The position numbers were made by a program, and so were the translations under genes. Below the pieces are notes generated by a model. It had not been told where the DNA came from, searched no databases, and saw only the letters and a program-made list of their open reading frames with translations. From Laetmonice hystrix (lineage: Eukaryota), in the NCBI GenBank assembly GCA_965235115.1, contig OZ249436.1, forward strand, positions 38,504,001-38,568,000: a stretch of DNA of 64,000 nucleotides, read 5' to 3'. Positions 27,201 to 42,200 of this stretch are shown piece after piece (within the stretch, counting starts at the first letter, position 1; the number at the start of each line of letters is the position of its first letter).

Positions 27201-30200
27201 CGAGACGAATAGCACCTTTAATAAATGTCATGTTGGCATGGTTAGAGTCCGCGTTCTTAGGCATAAAATTTCGAATCTACAATGAAAGGCTATATGTTTA
27301 CGATAACTGCAATAGGCTTATAGAATTTGCAGTATTTTGGATGTATGCAGAATTTTAAATAGGATGTAGTTCACATAAATTGGGCGGGATGCAGTCGATG
27401 TGGATAGTACCATCGTGCGAACCATCGGCTGGTTCACACGACGGGTTTTCGCCCGATGCTTCCCATGACACCCACACGATGATCATCGTGCAATGCACCA
27501 TCGGCCGGCCGTGTCAAAGTTTCTATGGATAAGGGCCTTTAGCATCGTACAACCATCGTACGAGCATCGGATCAGTGGAATCCCCCATTGTGGGTGCATC
27601 GTGGGTATGTCGTCCTACGATTTATCGCACGATTTTTCCCGGGATGCAGCATCGCATCGAACGAACCATCGTAGGAAAAATCGCCTCAGTGTGTACCAGG
27701 CTTTAATTAGCAATTTGAGCCCAAAAGGTTTGAGACGTAGAATGTCCTACACAGTGTAGATTGACGATACGCACCAAACCAGTGAGGGAGGGTCTTTTAA
27801 CTGCAGTACAAATGGAATCAACAGAGCAAGACCAGCCTTCATATCGGAGCCCTATAGGGGGCCTACCGTCTTTAGGGCCTACCGGTCTCGGTCGGCCGGT
27901 CAGCCGATTCCGAAATGCATTCTTGGAATCGGCCGACTGACCGGCTTCGTGGATACGGTTCTTTAGACATAAACAACAGCCAGAGTCCTGCCTTCATGGC
28001 CCTTGTCCTCAGATGAATGGTCCGGACGGCCGATTATTAAGTCGCACTATTTTCAGAATGTTGGCTCGTAATGATTTCTATATCGTTTGATTTCAACCAT
28101 GTTGGTCTGTATATAATAGAGGAAACATTGGGGATTGGGGTAAAAGTTCAAGGCCCTCTAGTTCCGTTGGGCTTTCCGGAAACACCAATAGTGTGAAAAA
28201 TGGTAAAGTTGTCCCCGGTCTCCACTACCTTGCGAGTTTCTTATCCATGTCCACAGAAATCGTCTAGAACCACGCACATCAATATACACCCCTTTGAAAA
28301 TGATCGTACGAGTATCGTGCGAGTATTTAAATCGGGCAGGTTTTGAAAACACGTAAAGAGATCTACGACTGCCATGTCTACAGGCCTGAAACATCACCAA
28401 TATTGGACCGACTCTCACAGAAACCTGGCAAATAAAAGACGGTATAGGGCTCCTATATGAAGGCTGGTCTTGCTCTTTTGATCCCATTTATACTGCCGTT
28501 AGAAGGCCGTCACTGGTTTAGAGTGTATCATCAATCTACGCTGTGTCGGAGGTGTAGCCGGATGCCTGTTGGAGCAGAGGACATACATGTTACAAATTGA
28601 AATAGACGCTGTACTGTCTGTAGACTACACGGCAGCGAAGCGACTATAATAGCAAGACACAATATGATAAATAAAACACTCTCGCTAACTTAAAACATGA
28701 AAAACAGCGAAGGATAATCTTATCAGCCTGCACTTAAATCCTTATTAATCTTGTTAAATCCTCTCAATGCCTGCTCCAATCTTTGCAAGTCGTACAGATT
28801 GATATTTCGTAAGCCGAGTTGTTTTTGTGTCGTCCTCCAGGGATGCCAATTCGATGGAAACAAAAAGTGCGCCTGCGGCATATGACAACGAGGCTGTATT
28901 TGTCGGTAGAGGAAGGCAATGTGTTCAAGTTGGTGTACAGCAACGTGTCACCTGACACCGTCTTCAGGTTGCACTCCATCGTACAGGTTAGACATTCAGG
29001 TTGCACTCCATCGTACGGGTTAGACGTTCAGGTTGCACTCCATCGTACAGGTTAGACATTCAGGTTGCACTCCATCGTACAGGTTAGACATTCAGGTTGC
29101 ACTCCATCGTACGGGTTAGACATTCAGGTTGCACTCCATCGTACGGGTTAGACGTTCAGGTTGCACTCCATCGTACGGGTTAGACATTCAGGTTGCACTC
29201 CATTGTACGGGTCAGACATTCAGGTTGCACTCTATCGTACGGGTTAGACATTCAGGTTGCACTCCATCCTACAGGTTAGACATTCAGGTTGCACTCCATC
29301 CTACAGGTTAGACATTCAGGTTGCACTCCATCCTATAGGTTAGACAGACCCCGGAGAATACTTTATTGACTCTATAAATAACGGCGTCATATAATCCGCC
29401 TTGATAGATTATACAGACTCGTTAAATGTGTGGGTGGTAATGTCTCTCTGATTAATGACCAATAAGTGTGAGTGAATTGTAGATAAGGACGTGACATGTG
29501 TAGATCCGTCAGATTTGTTTCAGCCATCAATATTATTATAAATCAGGTAATTTCTTCTTTAGATTTTACAGTGACTTGTCCCGACATTCATATCTCTCCC
29601 CCCTTTCTTTGGGAAGGGGGGGGGGGTTGAATGAGATTAAGCTCAATTTCTAAGTTACTCTGTTATTCTGAACCGGGTATTATTGAAAGGATTGTCGTTG
29701 GGAACGGGTACGCAATACTGCTAGCTTCATTAATTTTGTCATCTACAAAACGTTCCATATTTTAGTGACCTCGTTTAAAATTTATTAAAATCGGGACCAG
29801 TTATGAAAGTTTTGTCAATTTTTCTTTTTTTCTGCTTTAAAGGTTCAAACCAAACATATGCAACCCCCCGGTACCCCCCCCCCCCCCCCTGTTTGGCGCA
29901 AACCTGGATCCGCCCCTGCATACAATGAAGACTATTATAAACGAGATGCGGCCACAATGCAATAATATACATAAAAGCAAAACTGGATAAATATAACAAA
30001 CCCATTAATCTCCATTTCTTTTCAGTATGTTGACCGTGACGAAATTCTCCTGGGAAATCACGCGAGAGTTGAGCATCCTCTGACCGAGACTTGGCTGCAC
30101 GCCGAACGCGGTGAGAAAGGACGAATATATAAACGGCCAGCCGCCGTGTTGCTGGCATAGCAAGGAGTCTGGAGCGTATAAACATCATCAACTGTACTCT

Positions 30201-33200
30201 GGGCAGTAGGCCTCAGTCAGTGCTTGACAAACATTCGCTGTCATCAGGATGTCTGTTGAGGCATTTACCTAGGCGATAGGCTCCCGCTGTTTGCCCCTCA
30301 AATATTACAAAATGGAAGTGTGTCTAAAACGTTTAATAACCAAGTTCACAAACGGTGGCGCCATTATAGGCCTAACTTCATTAAAGCATAATGCACTCTT
30401 AGCGTCCGTCCCAAAATCTGCTACATTCTTTGCATGCAACAGTGTGCTAAAAAGAATATTGCATGGCGGCGTTGTGCCGTATGCACCCTCGACTGCGACT
30501 CGGACACATAATGTGAACCTCGCGCCTTCATCAATATCCACTAATTAATAAACGTATACTTGAGATAAATCACCTTCTCATAAAATTTATTTTCTCATAT
30601 AATTCATTGGAGCTAGATCTATACGTTCTCTCATAATACGTGTAGTATCGTTTTATTGTTGGAGAGTTGTTCTCACCCAATTCACATTAAATCAATGGAT
30701 GTTTTTTTTTCTGTGCGCAGGGGACACTTATGCACGACTGCGTTTGACATCAAGCGAAGGTACATCGATGGCTTCGCTACAATGGGACAAGGCCGACTTG
30801 ACTCAGGTAATGCCCATAGTATTGTGAATATGTAACCTTACAATATAGACTGAGCAGAAAGGTGTCTTTGGATAATTGACCAGGAGACCTCTTATCTCCA
30901 CCTCCCAGGTTCCCTAGGTAGTCTTTCTAAAACTAGGCCTGTCTCCGATAAAGTAAATATACATGCATGATGACGTCAGCTGATGATGGTGTATGTCCTC
31001 TATTCCCTCGTCTACGCCTCGGACATAATTATTATTACGGCATAACATTGCCTGAAACTACGGAGCCCTGTTGGGGACATGAAGAGAAACGATTTGTTGT
31101 GATCTCGAAATTACCACTTAGTGACGTCATTAATGCGTTGTTACGACTTAATGACGTCACTAAGTCGTTATTACGAGTTAATCGCGTTCGTTTCAGAGAA
31201 AAATGTATGTGGTGATCTCGAACTTACGACTTAGTGACGTCATTAAGTCGTAATAACGAGTTAATGTCACTAAGGGGTAATTTCGAGATCACCACACACA
31301 TTTTTCTCGTCATGTCCCCAACAGGGCTCCGTATGAAACATCGCGCCATTAATTTAAGTTTTTATTTTTCTGGAGGCACCTGTCCTCTCAATCAACCATA
31401 ATGAACCCCAAGTTAAGATGGAGTTTTTAGACTAATGTATCGGAATCCGTTTGATGTTGTTTAATTATTGCCCTCTCACCATCCGGTCAGATATCGTGGA
31501 TTAAACGCCGACCGTACCCAGACGCCCTTACCATACAAAAGGTAGATGTCACAGACGGTCTCAACTTTAACTTTGTGGCTGGCATGATCCCTTTCATCCG
31601 GGACATCATTCCACAGGTCAGTCAACTACTCTACATACAAAAAGACCGAAGAGAAATTTCTTTGTTTATTTTTGAAGAGATATTCTCTATTTTATTCATT
31701 GATCTTAAACATACCGAATTCCTTGCTAGGTGGCCGAGCGCACCATTTGAACCGCTATCACTCGGTTACTAAGGTCTATGTATCCTGTTTACCCTCCACA
31801 GATAACGAACACGCGGAAAGTGACCACAAAGAAGGCCATGGCAATATGTACGGTATGTGTGATATTCTGATTGTGTTGAACTAAACTTGTCCCATACGTA
31901 AGAAGACTGGCTTAAATATTATTTTATATTAACATTGGGGCATACACCATGGGGATTGCAGGCAATCATGCTGACTAGTTTTATATTAACATTAGGGCAT
32001 ACACCATGGACGTTGTGATGCAGAACTTTTTAAAAGGGGTAAAAGATACTCGTGTCTCAATAAAAGAAAGAATTTTAATGACGCCTGGGCCTGTTTTTTT
32101 TGTTTACTTTTCCACCGTGAGCAAGGGTGAGCTGAGGTGAGCAAGGGCAAGCATGAACTCATGCTCACCGTTTTGCTCACCGTTTTCGTTTTTTGTTGTA
32201 TTTTTCCATGAGTTTTCACCATGAGCACGGCTCACGCCCCCCCCCCCCCACCCAAAAAAACGCGAAAACGGTGAGCATTCAGCTCATGCTCATCCTTGCT
32301 CACGGTGGAAAAGTAAGCAAAAAACCAGACCCTAATGATTGCACATGCATTGGCGATAATCATGATAATGATAACCCAAAAACACAAGATTATGGCGTAT
32401 TAAATGAAATATGAGAAGTATACGTAGCAATAATTACCTGTTAACCAGGCTCTCGGGGAGTTGGACGATTTCCTAATTGTGAACGGCAAACCTGAGAAGA
32501 ATCGGCAAAAGTTACTACGAAACCTGAACGTATGTTATCTTTTACTTATCTAATCCGTTTTTATGATCTCCTTGTTCCTTTAACCGCCATATATCCACTG
32601 GTTATATTTGGAGGGTGTAGGCCTACATGGTTGGCCGTTGTGCACAGAATTTGGGATACATAATGCAGTAGACTTTATTTAGACGATAAAGCTATGCTTT
32701 ATGCCCTGATAAGAGTTACATTATAAAAGCATATTTAATACTCTTGTTTCGAGTTACAGCAGTGTGCCTAATAAAATATGAGAGGACGGCGCGAGCTCTA
32801 GGCGGTGTTGTGCCGTATACAGGGTGTCCGAAAAAAAAGCACAACCATATTACACCTCTTTTAGATTTGTGAGTTTCATATGTGTCAGAGTAAATCCTTT
32901 TCCAAGAAAAGTGGTTTAGACTTCATCCTGATATTATCCGTTCATGAATTATAGCATCTTTTGTTTAGCAGAGGCATGCCTCTAAATGGCACTGGCAGGC
33001 AGGCAACGTTCATCGATTTAACATTAAAAGGATTATGTCAGTCTGTCCTGACAGGTGGCTATCACATTAAATGTGTTTGTTTATTGAGGGCTTGAAATTT
33101 TCATAATTTATTCTTTGTTTCTTTTTTTTTAATGAATTATTGCTTGATTTATTTTTCGCTCATTTAATTTACATTATTTCCCTGCAGTTCATTCACAATT

Positions 33201-36200
33201 TTAATTAGGCATTAGCCAATCGTCCTTCAACCTGTTGACCATTAAGTTGAATGCACAAATCGAAATGCAATTGACATAAAATGTGTCAAAACAGAATCTG
33301 GCCGCTAACCTGGGATTTGGCAGGTGGCATTTGATTGACAGATGTGACGCCATTCAGACACAGTAGCACCAACCCTGCCTAAGACGTGCGTGACTACGTT
33401 AACTGCCCTGGTCCGGCATTGCAATTTTTGACATACAGTTATAAAAATGGCACTATTTTTTTAGAAGTTTTGACCTATTTATCTGAAATTTGTACCAAGG
33501 CCCCAAATAACCAGATGATATCATATATGCAAAATATTATGACATTGGGATAAAAATTGTGAAAGTTATAATCAAGAAAAGAGTGTTCCAGTTTTTTGGG
33601 CCAACCCGATATACATGAGCATTCATTGTACTAAGCCCAATTTCATCCGTACATTCTCAAAATCAGCCTGCTAGGCCCGGGTATATGCTATTTGATTTAA
33701 ATCTGACTCCAGAGAATGTTTTTACATCAAAGATCATGATCTCGCCTTACAAACACCAAAACTCATGATTTATTTACCCTCACTCATAGGTGTTAGAACT
33801 GCTGATCGAGGTGCTGAAGACGCCATGCCCAGAGGGAAGTAACTCCTTACACATCTACCGAATCTACCGCAGTATCTACAAGGTTCTACACACCTTCGTG
33901 CGAGGACGCAGCCGTAAGAACGCTCTCTACTTGGCCAGGTGTATCCCCTTCTTCCTAACTCAACTCGGACTGGAGGTGAGTTCACGTGTACTCAGTTTAC
34001 TCTCTACTTGGTCAGGTGTATCCCCTTCTTCCTAACACAACTCGGACTGGAGGTGAGTTCACGTGTACTCAGTTTACTCTCTACTTGGTCAGGTGTATCC
34101 CCTTCTTCCTAACACAACTCGGACTGGAGGTGAGTTCACGTGTACTCAGTTTACTCTCTACTTGGTCAGGTGTATCCCCTTCTTCCTAACTCAACTCGGA
34201 CTGGAGGTGAGTTCACGTGTACTCAGTTTACTCTCTACTTGGTCAGGTGTATCCCCTTCTTCCTAACCCAACTCGGACTGGAGGTGAGTTCACGTGTACT
34301 CAGTTTACTCTCTACTTGGCCAGGTGTATCCCCTTCTTCCTAACTCAACTCGGACTGGAGGTGAGTTCAGGTGTACTAAGTTTACTATCTACTTGGCCAG
34401 GTGTATCCCCTTCTTCCTAACTCAACTCGGACTGGAGGTGAGTTCACGTGTACTCAGTTTACTATCTACTTGGTCAGGTGTATCCCCTTCTTCCTAACTC
34501 AACTGGGACTGGAGGTAAGTTCACATGTACTAAGTTTACTCTCTACTTGGCCAGGTGTATCCCCTTCTTCCTAACTCAACTCGGACTGGAGGTGAGTTCA
34601 CGTGCACTCAGTATCATGGATGTGCACACTCTCACTTTAGGCCCGTAATTTCCATCACATTATTGAGGGGGCTATTGAATTATTGAGGGGGTTCGAAGAA
34701 CAGATCCAAGGTTCTTCTTGGTCAAGTAGGATAATTATTAGGCAACACTGAAAATATTGGGGGGGGGGGGGCTTAATGAGAAGATTCTCCGAGAGGTTCC
34801 AGTGCATAAACGCCGTTTATCTTTTTTCTGTCAGCCAGTATAGCAGGCCACAATAACAGCATGCATTGTATTGGCCATGCATGTAACATGCCATCGCTGG
34901 GACTGGGGGAGGAGGGCGCCACCCCAACCCCACCCCCTGCTCCGTTAATGATAGCTGCCGTGATTTAATTTCATACCAGTATTTTACTTCTGAAACACTT
35001 CGGAACACTTCAGCTCCCCTGACACCGGTATTGGAGAAGATCCATCACATAATGTAGGTCGGTAGTTGTCCCCGCCTGTAGCAGATTCCCGGCTGTAACA
35101 GTTTCCGAAGCGCAAACCCTATACAATACTAATTACTCAATCCTAACCTGGCTGCTATTGTTACATTCTGTTGACCATGGTCGGAGATATAAACCAGGAG
35201 ATCTAGTAACATTTGTTTTACACCAGGAGGTCTGGTAACATTTGTTTTACACCAGGAGGTCTGGTAACATTTGTTTTACATCAGGATGTCTACTAACATT
35301 TGTTTTACACCGGGAGGTCTGGTAACATTTGTTTTACACCAGGAGGTCTGGTAACATTTGTTTTACACCAGGAGGTCTGGTAACATTTGTTTTACATCAG
35401 GATGTCTACTAACATTTGTTTTACACCGGGAGGTCTGGTAACATTTGTTTTACATCAGGAGGTTTACACCAGGAGGTCTAGTAACATTTGTTTTACATCA
35501 GGGGATTTACACCAAGAAGTCTGGTAAAATCTGTTTTACACCAGGAAGTCTGGTAACATTTGTTTTACACCAGGAGGTCTGGTAACATTTGTTTTACATC
35601 AGGGGGTTTACACCATGAGGTCTGGTAATATTTGTTTTACACCAGGAGGTCTGGTAACATTTGTTTTACACCAGGACGTCTGGTAACATTTGTTTTACAG
35701 GGCGGAGTCGGGGTTCACTGTTGTAAGATGTTGATAGACCTGATCAAGGACAACCGTCAGATCGTCGACCGCATCACGTCGGAACAGCTCGATATCTTCG
35801 TGGACATGTTGAAGAAACACAAGGTAGGTCCGGAGTATACTGTCTCATCCTCGAGATATGGCTTATTCTGCCTGAAAACAAACCTGCCAAACTACTACAC
35901 CTAAAAATGGGGAAAGCCGACAATATGTACGAAGCTATTAATCTTGTATTTGAATGTATAAAAAGAAAACACAATACACTATGTTCTACCGTAGTCCTAG
36001 ACACCTTCATAAACATAGCGAATGCTTCATAGCAGGCCACGCAGGATTTTATATTGAAACAAGAAAAAAGTGTTAAAAATAAAGAAGAAGAAAAGAAACA
36101 ATGCACCCATTGTTCACTATATAATGACTTCGTAAGCTAGATGTGACAGTCACAGTGATGTTATTGTTGCTGACAGAAATCACAGTTCCTGGATCTGTTG

Positions 36201-39200
36201 TCCGTGCTATGTGTATGTAACAGAACAGCATTGCCGGACAACCAACTCAGGATAGCAACTGCTCTTCTCGGCCAGGATCAGGTACGAACACCCACTGCCA
36301 CCAACTCGCCATGTGAAGTCTTTATCTCAGAGACTCTGACATTACTCGCTTGAATTGACTGTCAAATTTCAATCCTGACACCAATCGTTGTATCCCCAAC
36401 CAAATAATTGAGGGTTTCTTTTGATAAGATCTTTTGAAATCGTTGGTAGTGCTTTATCGTGTCCGCACATTTCGATTCACCGATTGTTTTTGTTCCCTGG
36501 CCAGGAGGTATTGTTCCACATTGAGATCAAGACCTATGAGTCGTTGGCCGTGGGAGACGAGCTGTGCATCTCAACCGACGGCAGGAGGACATGGTTGCCA
36601 CTCCATAAGTTCGCCTACGTGAGGAATTTCCTTCCTCTCTGTCTCTCTGCCCCTGTCTCTCTCATTCTCTGTCTTTCTGCCTCTGTCTCTCTCATTCCCT
36701 TTCTCTGTCTCCGTGTCTCTGTCCCTCTGTCCCTGTTCCTCTGTCTCTGTCTCTCTGTCTCAGTCTGTCTGTCTTTCTGTCTCTCTCTGTCTGTCTGAAA
36801 GACAAACGAAAAAAATAACATTCACATGAGGATACATAAGAAACGTGTACCAACAGATCTTTCTGTTTGCATAATTGATTTAAGGGTGAGCGAGAGGTGT
36901 CGAAGGTGGTATGACATAATTATATGCCCTCGGCTACGCCTCGGGCTTATTATCACAACATAATACCGCCTCGACCTCGCACCGTCATTCAATATCTATT
37001 CACAAGAGTTCGATGTCTCATGTCTACTTTACCATTTCCCTCAGCAGCGCACTGTTATCGCCATACTATTATTTTTATAAAACCATGATAAAAAAACAGT
37101 TGTAGCAGTATTTCGATATCTTTGTGACTTTGCTACCCACAGAAAAACTACAGCGACTATTCGGAGGAGCTCTTCATCTTCCTGGAGCATCAGCTTGAAC
37201 TCTACCGAAACCTCAGCTACGTGAGTCCAGATAAAGATGTCCACTGAATATAATTTCATCTCTGAGAAGGATATCGAAGGGTGTACTGATAGTGACATCG
37301 ATCGCGTGCGCTAACAAGACATATTGGTCCATGTCCACATAGTCCTTCCAATCCCACCATGCTCTGCTGCCACTTCTGCCCCCATCTAAAGCCTATTAAC
37401 TGCGCAGGCGCGACCCCTGACCCCGGCAGACGACGGGCTCGAGCGAGTGTTCTCTCACCCGTGGTAGACCAGCAATATGGTTTGGCTATTGATTTTCTGC
37501 CGTGTTTTTTCTCCAGCGTCGTAACGAGAAAGTCCTCAAGGTGATGGGAGCAGGGAGGCAGCTGTTTGCCTGGAAGGTGCTCTTCCTGGGGGTGGGAAGT
37601 CGAGTCCTACCGGGCAGTCTGCGCGCTAACCTCCTCGGGGTACTCACAAGTCAGTATTCTCGCACCGTGTCATCCCTCGGGACATCATCGTGTCTAATGG
37701 GATAAGTTAGGGGGCTATACGGTATACAATTTTGTCTCCTAATGAGAGGGGCATATAATACTTATATCTGAAACCTATATATTGGATAAAACATAACATT
37801 ATATATATCCGACAAAAATCCAAAAGATGCGACAAAGTACAACATCCCTGATAAAACGTTGGAACAACTTTGGGCCAACGTCAGTAGCTACGTTGGGCCA
37901 ATGTCAGATGGCAACATTGGGCCAAAGTCAGTTTGCTCATCGGGCCCACGTTGGGGCACCAGTTGGGCCAACGTTGAACCAGCCCATTGGCTCAATGTCA
38001 GACCAACGTGCTTACAAACGTTGAGCCAACGTCAGATGACCGACGTTGGACAAACGACATTTTGCTCATTGGGCCCACGTTGGGCCACCAGGGCCCCGTT
38101 TCATAACTAACAGCGAACGCACACTAATAACGCACAAGTGCGTTATTAGCAAACGATGAAGACAGCGATCGTTGCGTTGTGTTTCATAAGCATTTGCGTA
38201 ATTGTCCCCGGTCTCGCCTACTTTTCAATTTAAGTATCCACGTTACGTATTTTCGTAGAATTGCCAGCTTTATATTTCATAATGGGAAGTTAGCGCAAAC
38301 CCTTATAGGTGCGCATTAATTAAACGATTTTAGAGCCAGACAACGGGCGCTATGAACGCATAGTGCGTTGCGTTATTAGTTATGCAACACATTAACCTCA
38401 AATGAGGCTATTTTGCGCACCTGCGTTAATAACGCAGCTGCGTTATTAGTTATGAAACGGGGCCCAGTTGGGCCATCGTTGTACCAGCCCATTGGCCCAA
38501 CGTCAGACCAACGTGTTTACAAACGTTGAGCCAACGTCTAATACCAACGCTGGGCCAACGTCAGATGCCCGACGTTGGACCAACGACATAGTAGGGGCCT
38601 ACTGACTAAATGACAACATTGGGCCAACATGGGTGTTCCAACCGGGTTCCAACAAAGAGGGTGGTGATAGTACCGACTAAATGACAACATTGGGCCAACA
38701 TGGGTGTTCCAATCGGGATCCAACAAAGAGGTGGCGACAGTGCCGACTAAATTCCAACGTGGGCCAACGTGGGTTTTCCAACCGAGTTTCAACAAAGATG
38801 GTGCCGATAGTACCGACTACATACCGACGTGGGGCCAACCGGACAGCATGACAATAGTGATGACTAACTGCCAACGTTGGGCCAACGTATACGTGTTATC
38901 TGGGATTAAATCTGAGTTTGACTACAAAACTAAAAACTAAAATCCACTAATAGACTAAAGTCTAATTCTGCCCAAGGCATGTATTGTATATTTCTATAGG
39001 ACAACGTATCCTGAAAAGCAGCTCATACATAATATAGCACTATTTGTGTTTGTACCGCCTAAGGACTGACTTATACTGAGGTATCGGTCTCTGATCACAG
39101 GTTTCTATATTGACTACGGCCGTGAGTGTTGCACAGTTCGGACCACGCCTTTCAACTACGTCTACCACGACATCGACTCGAGGAAGGAAAACTATGGACG

Positions 39201-42200
39201 ATTGGACCTGGTACGCCGCCATCATGTATTCACAAATTGGCGACTGCCTGTTTGCCTTAAGAATCCAGTTAAAGACTGTTGACTGGCTGATTTTCTCCTC
39301 TCTCTTCCTTTCGCCCTCGAGTTACTAAACGGTTATCCACTTAACTAACTAGTTTCCATAAAATATGTTATTACTTCGTTAATAACGTGTTGGGGGTTCG
39401 AGATACACTAATGGCCGGATGCAAGAACATTTTGTGAAGATCACACCAAGAATGACTTAATTTACTATCTAGCCTAGTCTCTCCCTCTCCCTCTCCCTCT
39501 CCCTCTCTCTCTCTTTCTCTCTCTCTCTTTACCTCTCTCTCTCTACCTCTCTCTCTACCTCTCTCTCTCTCTCTCTCTCTCTCTCATTCTAACCCTGGCG
39601 GGATTAACCTGTGATATGACCCCTCACCTCTGATTGGCCGGGAGGTGACCCGTCACTGGGGGTTACCAACCCCGCACCCCCAAAAGGGTACAGTGGGGAG
39701 GTAGTAGATCCTCAATATCAATTAGGGCTGCACCTAATATGGACATGTATACACATGCATGGTGACTATACTGTAGGAGACAGCTTTGAATATGCGTGCA
39801 CTTCAAAATATGGAATACATATTATATCATATATCTAGACGCCAATACTGATCAGCCGTAGGTTAACACAGGAAGAATTCAACTTTTGGCAGTAGTTTGG
39901 GAAATGGAATTAATGATACTTCATTCCGTTCTCTGGGACCATTAAACTGACCATTAAACTGGTACTTAATGCTGCTGCTAACAGATCGAGTCGGATATCG
40001 ACGAGAAATACCCAGGTCTACGGGAGTGGCTTCTCACGGTCCTTGACGAAACGCCGTTTATGATAGCCCAGCCTGTCAGCAACAGCATCTTTATCCAGCA
40101 GGTAATTAATTAATTAATTAATTAATGCGTGTTCTCCCGCTTGAAAATAAACGTATGCTACTCCTACATTAGAACATTAGATACCATTTTACATAAATAC
40201 ATCATTATTTTTAGGCCTGCCCCAGGCTCTGGTTGGGTAGTCGTATTCAACCTTGTGATGTTTCCTTCCAGTCTATATTTGTCTCTGATTACTGTTGTGG
40301 TTTGAGGTTATTTTAGACTACCGTCTGTCATGCCCCCATGTATGACCCCCCAATGACTTGCGTGACTGTTTCTGGCAGGTTCTCCGCCTGGTGGAATGTC
40401 TCATTAATTACGGTCACCTGTCAGCCGAGGAGGACCTGCAGCGCCTGCTACCGTTGATCACACGACTGGCGGACGGTCGCCATGACGCTCCGTTCCCGCC
40501 TGGTCGGGGTTCAGGTGGGATTTACGTCCGACTGCAGTTTGGTTTAGCAAGCCTAACACCACTTGATGTCTTTTCATTCTTTTATTCTCCACATAATACA
40601 ATCGGTAAAATTAAATTGTTGAAAGTTGTGCAAAATTGGTTCAAAATTGTAGGAGCGTTTGACCCCTACATAACATAACATAACATAAACATAACAAGAT
40701 CTTTATTTTAGTGACGTGTGACATGTAAATAATGTAAGTTACAGTGTAAAATGTACAAGAAAAAGTCACCCAGCCCATCGGGCTTATAAGTCACTATAGA
40801 CTTGGTTGGTAGATAATCTATATCAAAATAAACCAAAAACACAATGACAGAGGCGGATATTTCAGTTATCATGTATAGTGCAGACTTGAGCGTCTAAGGA
40901 ATGTAGGCCTAAGTAGGGTTCAGAGCCAGGCGCTAGGTCGGTGCTAAGCCTTGGTAGAAATCCCCAACCCGAACACAATTTTCTGTGCAGGTATCACCGA
41001 GTATACGTCATTTGAAAAACACCACATTCATCAATACCAGACAGTGCAGCGCTTTAAGAAGAACGAATCTCAGGAGGCAATTGTCAAGGCCAAGATCCAG
41101 TACGTATATCGGTTGAATATATCCAGTTATTAAATGTGAAATAAATAATGTACCTATAATAAAGTACATTATAAATAAAGTGAGTGAGTAAAGTGAGTGA
41201 TACTCATGGAGCGACCAATACAAAACCGCAAAAATAGTATGAAGAAGTCACGTTGCTTACTGACTTGGCATTAGGGAAATGTTAACAACAGTGTCTCCAT
41301 ATGTATGTTTACTTGGGTCTATTTAGTAGGAGGGGATTCAACATAATTATTGTCAAGCTATTTGACTTTTTCTCCAGGGCATTGAACGTGGTGGAGCTTC
41401 TCCTAAAGCGAACTTTCAATCGCAGATTGCAGGTTTGTACGCTAAGATCACACTATTATTATTACGGTCATCCCAAAAATATATAAAAACAATTTTCTGA
41501 GAATTACACAATAACCCCTGCGCTTTGTCGATTTAAATTTGTTAAAACACATTAATTCTCTCTTTAAGTCATCGAGTACCTATCTGATGAGAAGCAGTTC
41601 CTTATCACAGTTTTAAAGTTGTTTAAAATCATTGTTGTTGTTACTTCTAGTTCGTATTGTCTGTCTTCAAACACACAATGGAGAAAGAGATGAGTTCCCA
41701 CAGAGGGACTATAACCTCGAGAAACCTGCTCTACGAACTCATGCGGCGGGAATTCGAACACCGGGACTTCAAGTAGGGATCCAGGGGTTATTTTCCTTTT
41801 GTGTTCAATATTATAAAGTGCGACTGGGCTGCTGAACTATTTTACTCACTTTTTGGATAAAATAATACCTTATTAAGAAACCTCATGTTTTGGTTACTAA
41901 GCTTGGACACATAAGGCTAAAGGAAAAAACATCACAATGATATATGGGGCGGGTAAAATATTTTTCGAATACATAATTGACTTATCATAAGACCCACAGA
42001 GGGCGGGCTTTAAACTGCATTAAAACGTCATTATGTGCCATATTTATAATCATCGCCTAATTGATTTTGAAGATGTGGTTGTTTTGGGATACCTCTAAGG
42101 TAGGACTGACCATATAATTTATTTAAAGGGAGAGACAAGTTAGCATGCAGTGACCTAGAAGTACATTTTTGTAGATTAGGCAAACATCAGTAACGAATTA

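Noticed and set aside
26932..27285. 110-aa minus-strand ORF inside intron 10
   Set aside because: Lies within nested transposon remnants and has no recognisable motif; unsupported without a database search.
27807..27860. Possible exon after TTTTAACTGCAG (VQMESTEQDQPSY)
   Set aside because: It lies within the left TIR of the 27776-28519 MITE.
21483..28840. Apparent missing MIR-domain exon / pseudogene status
   Set aside because: The exon was found at 24915-25022; the whole spliced frame is open and phase-consistent.
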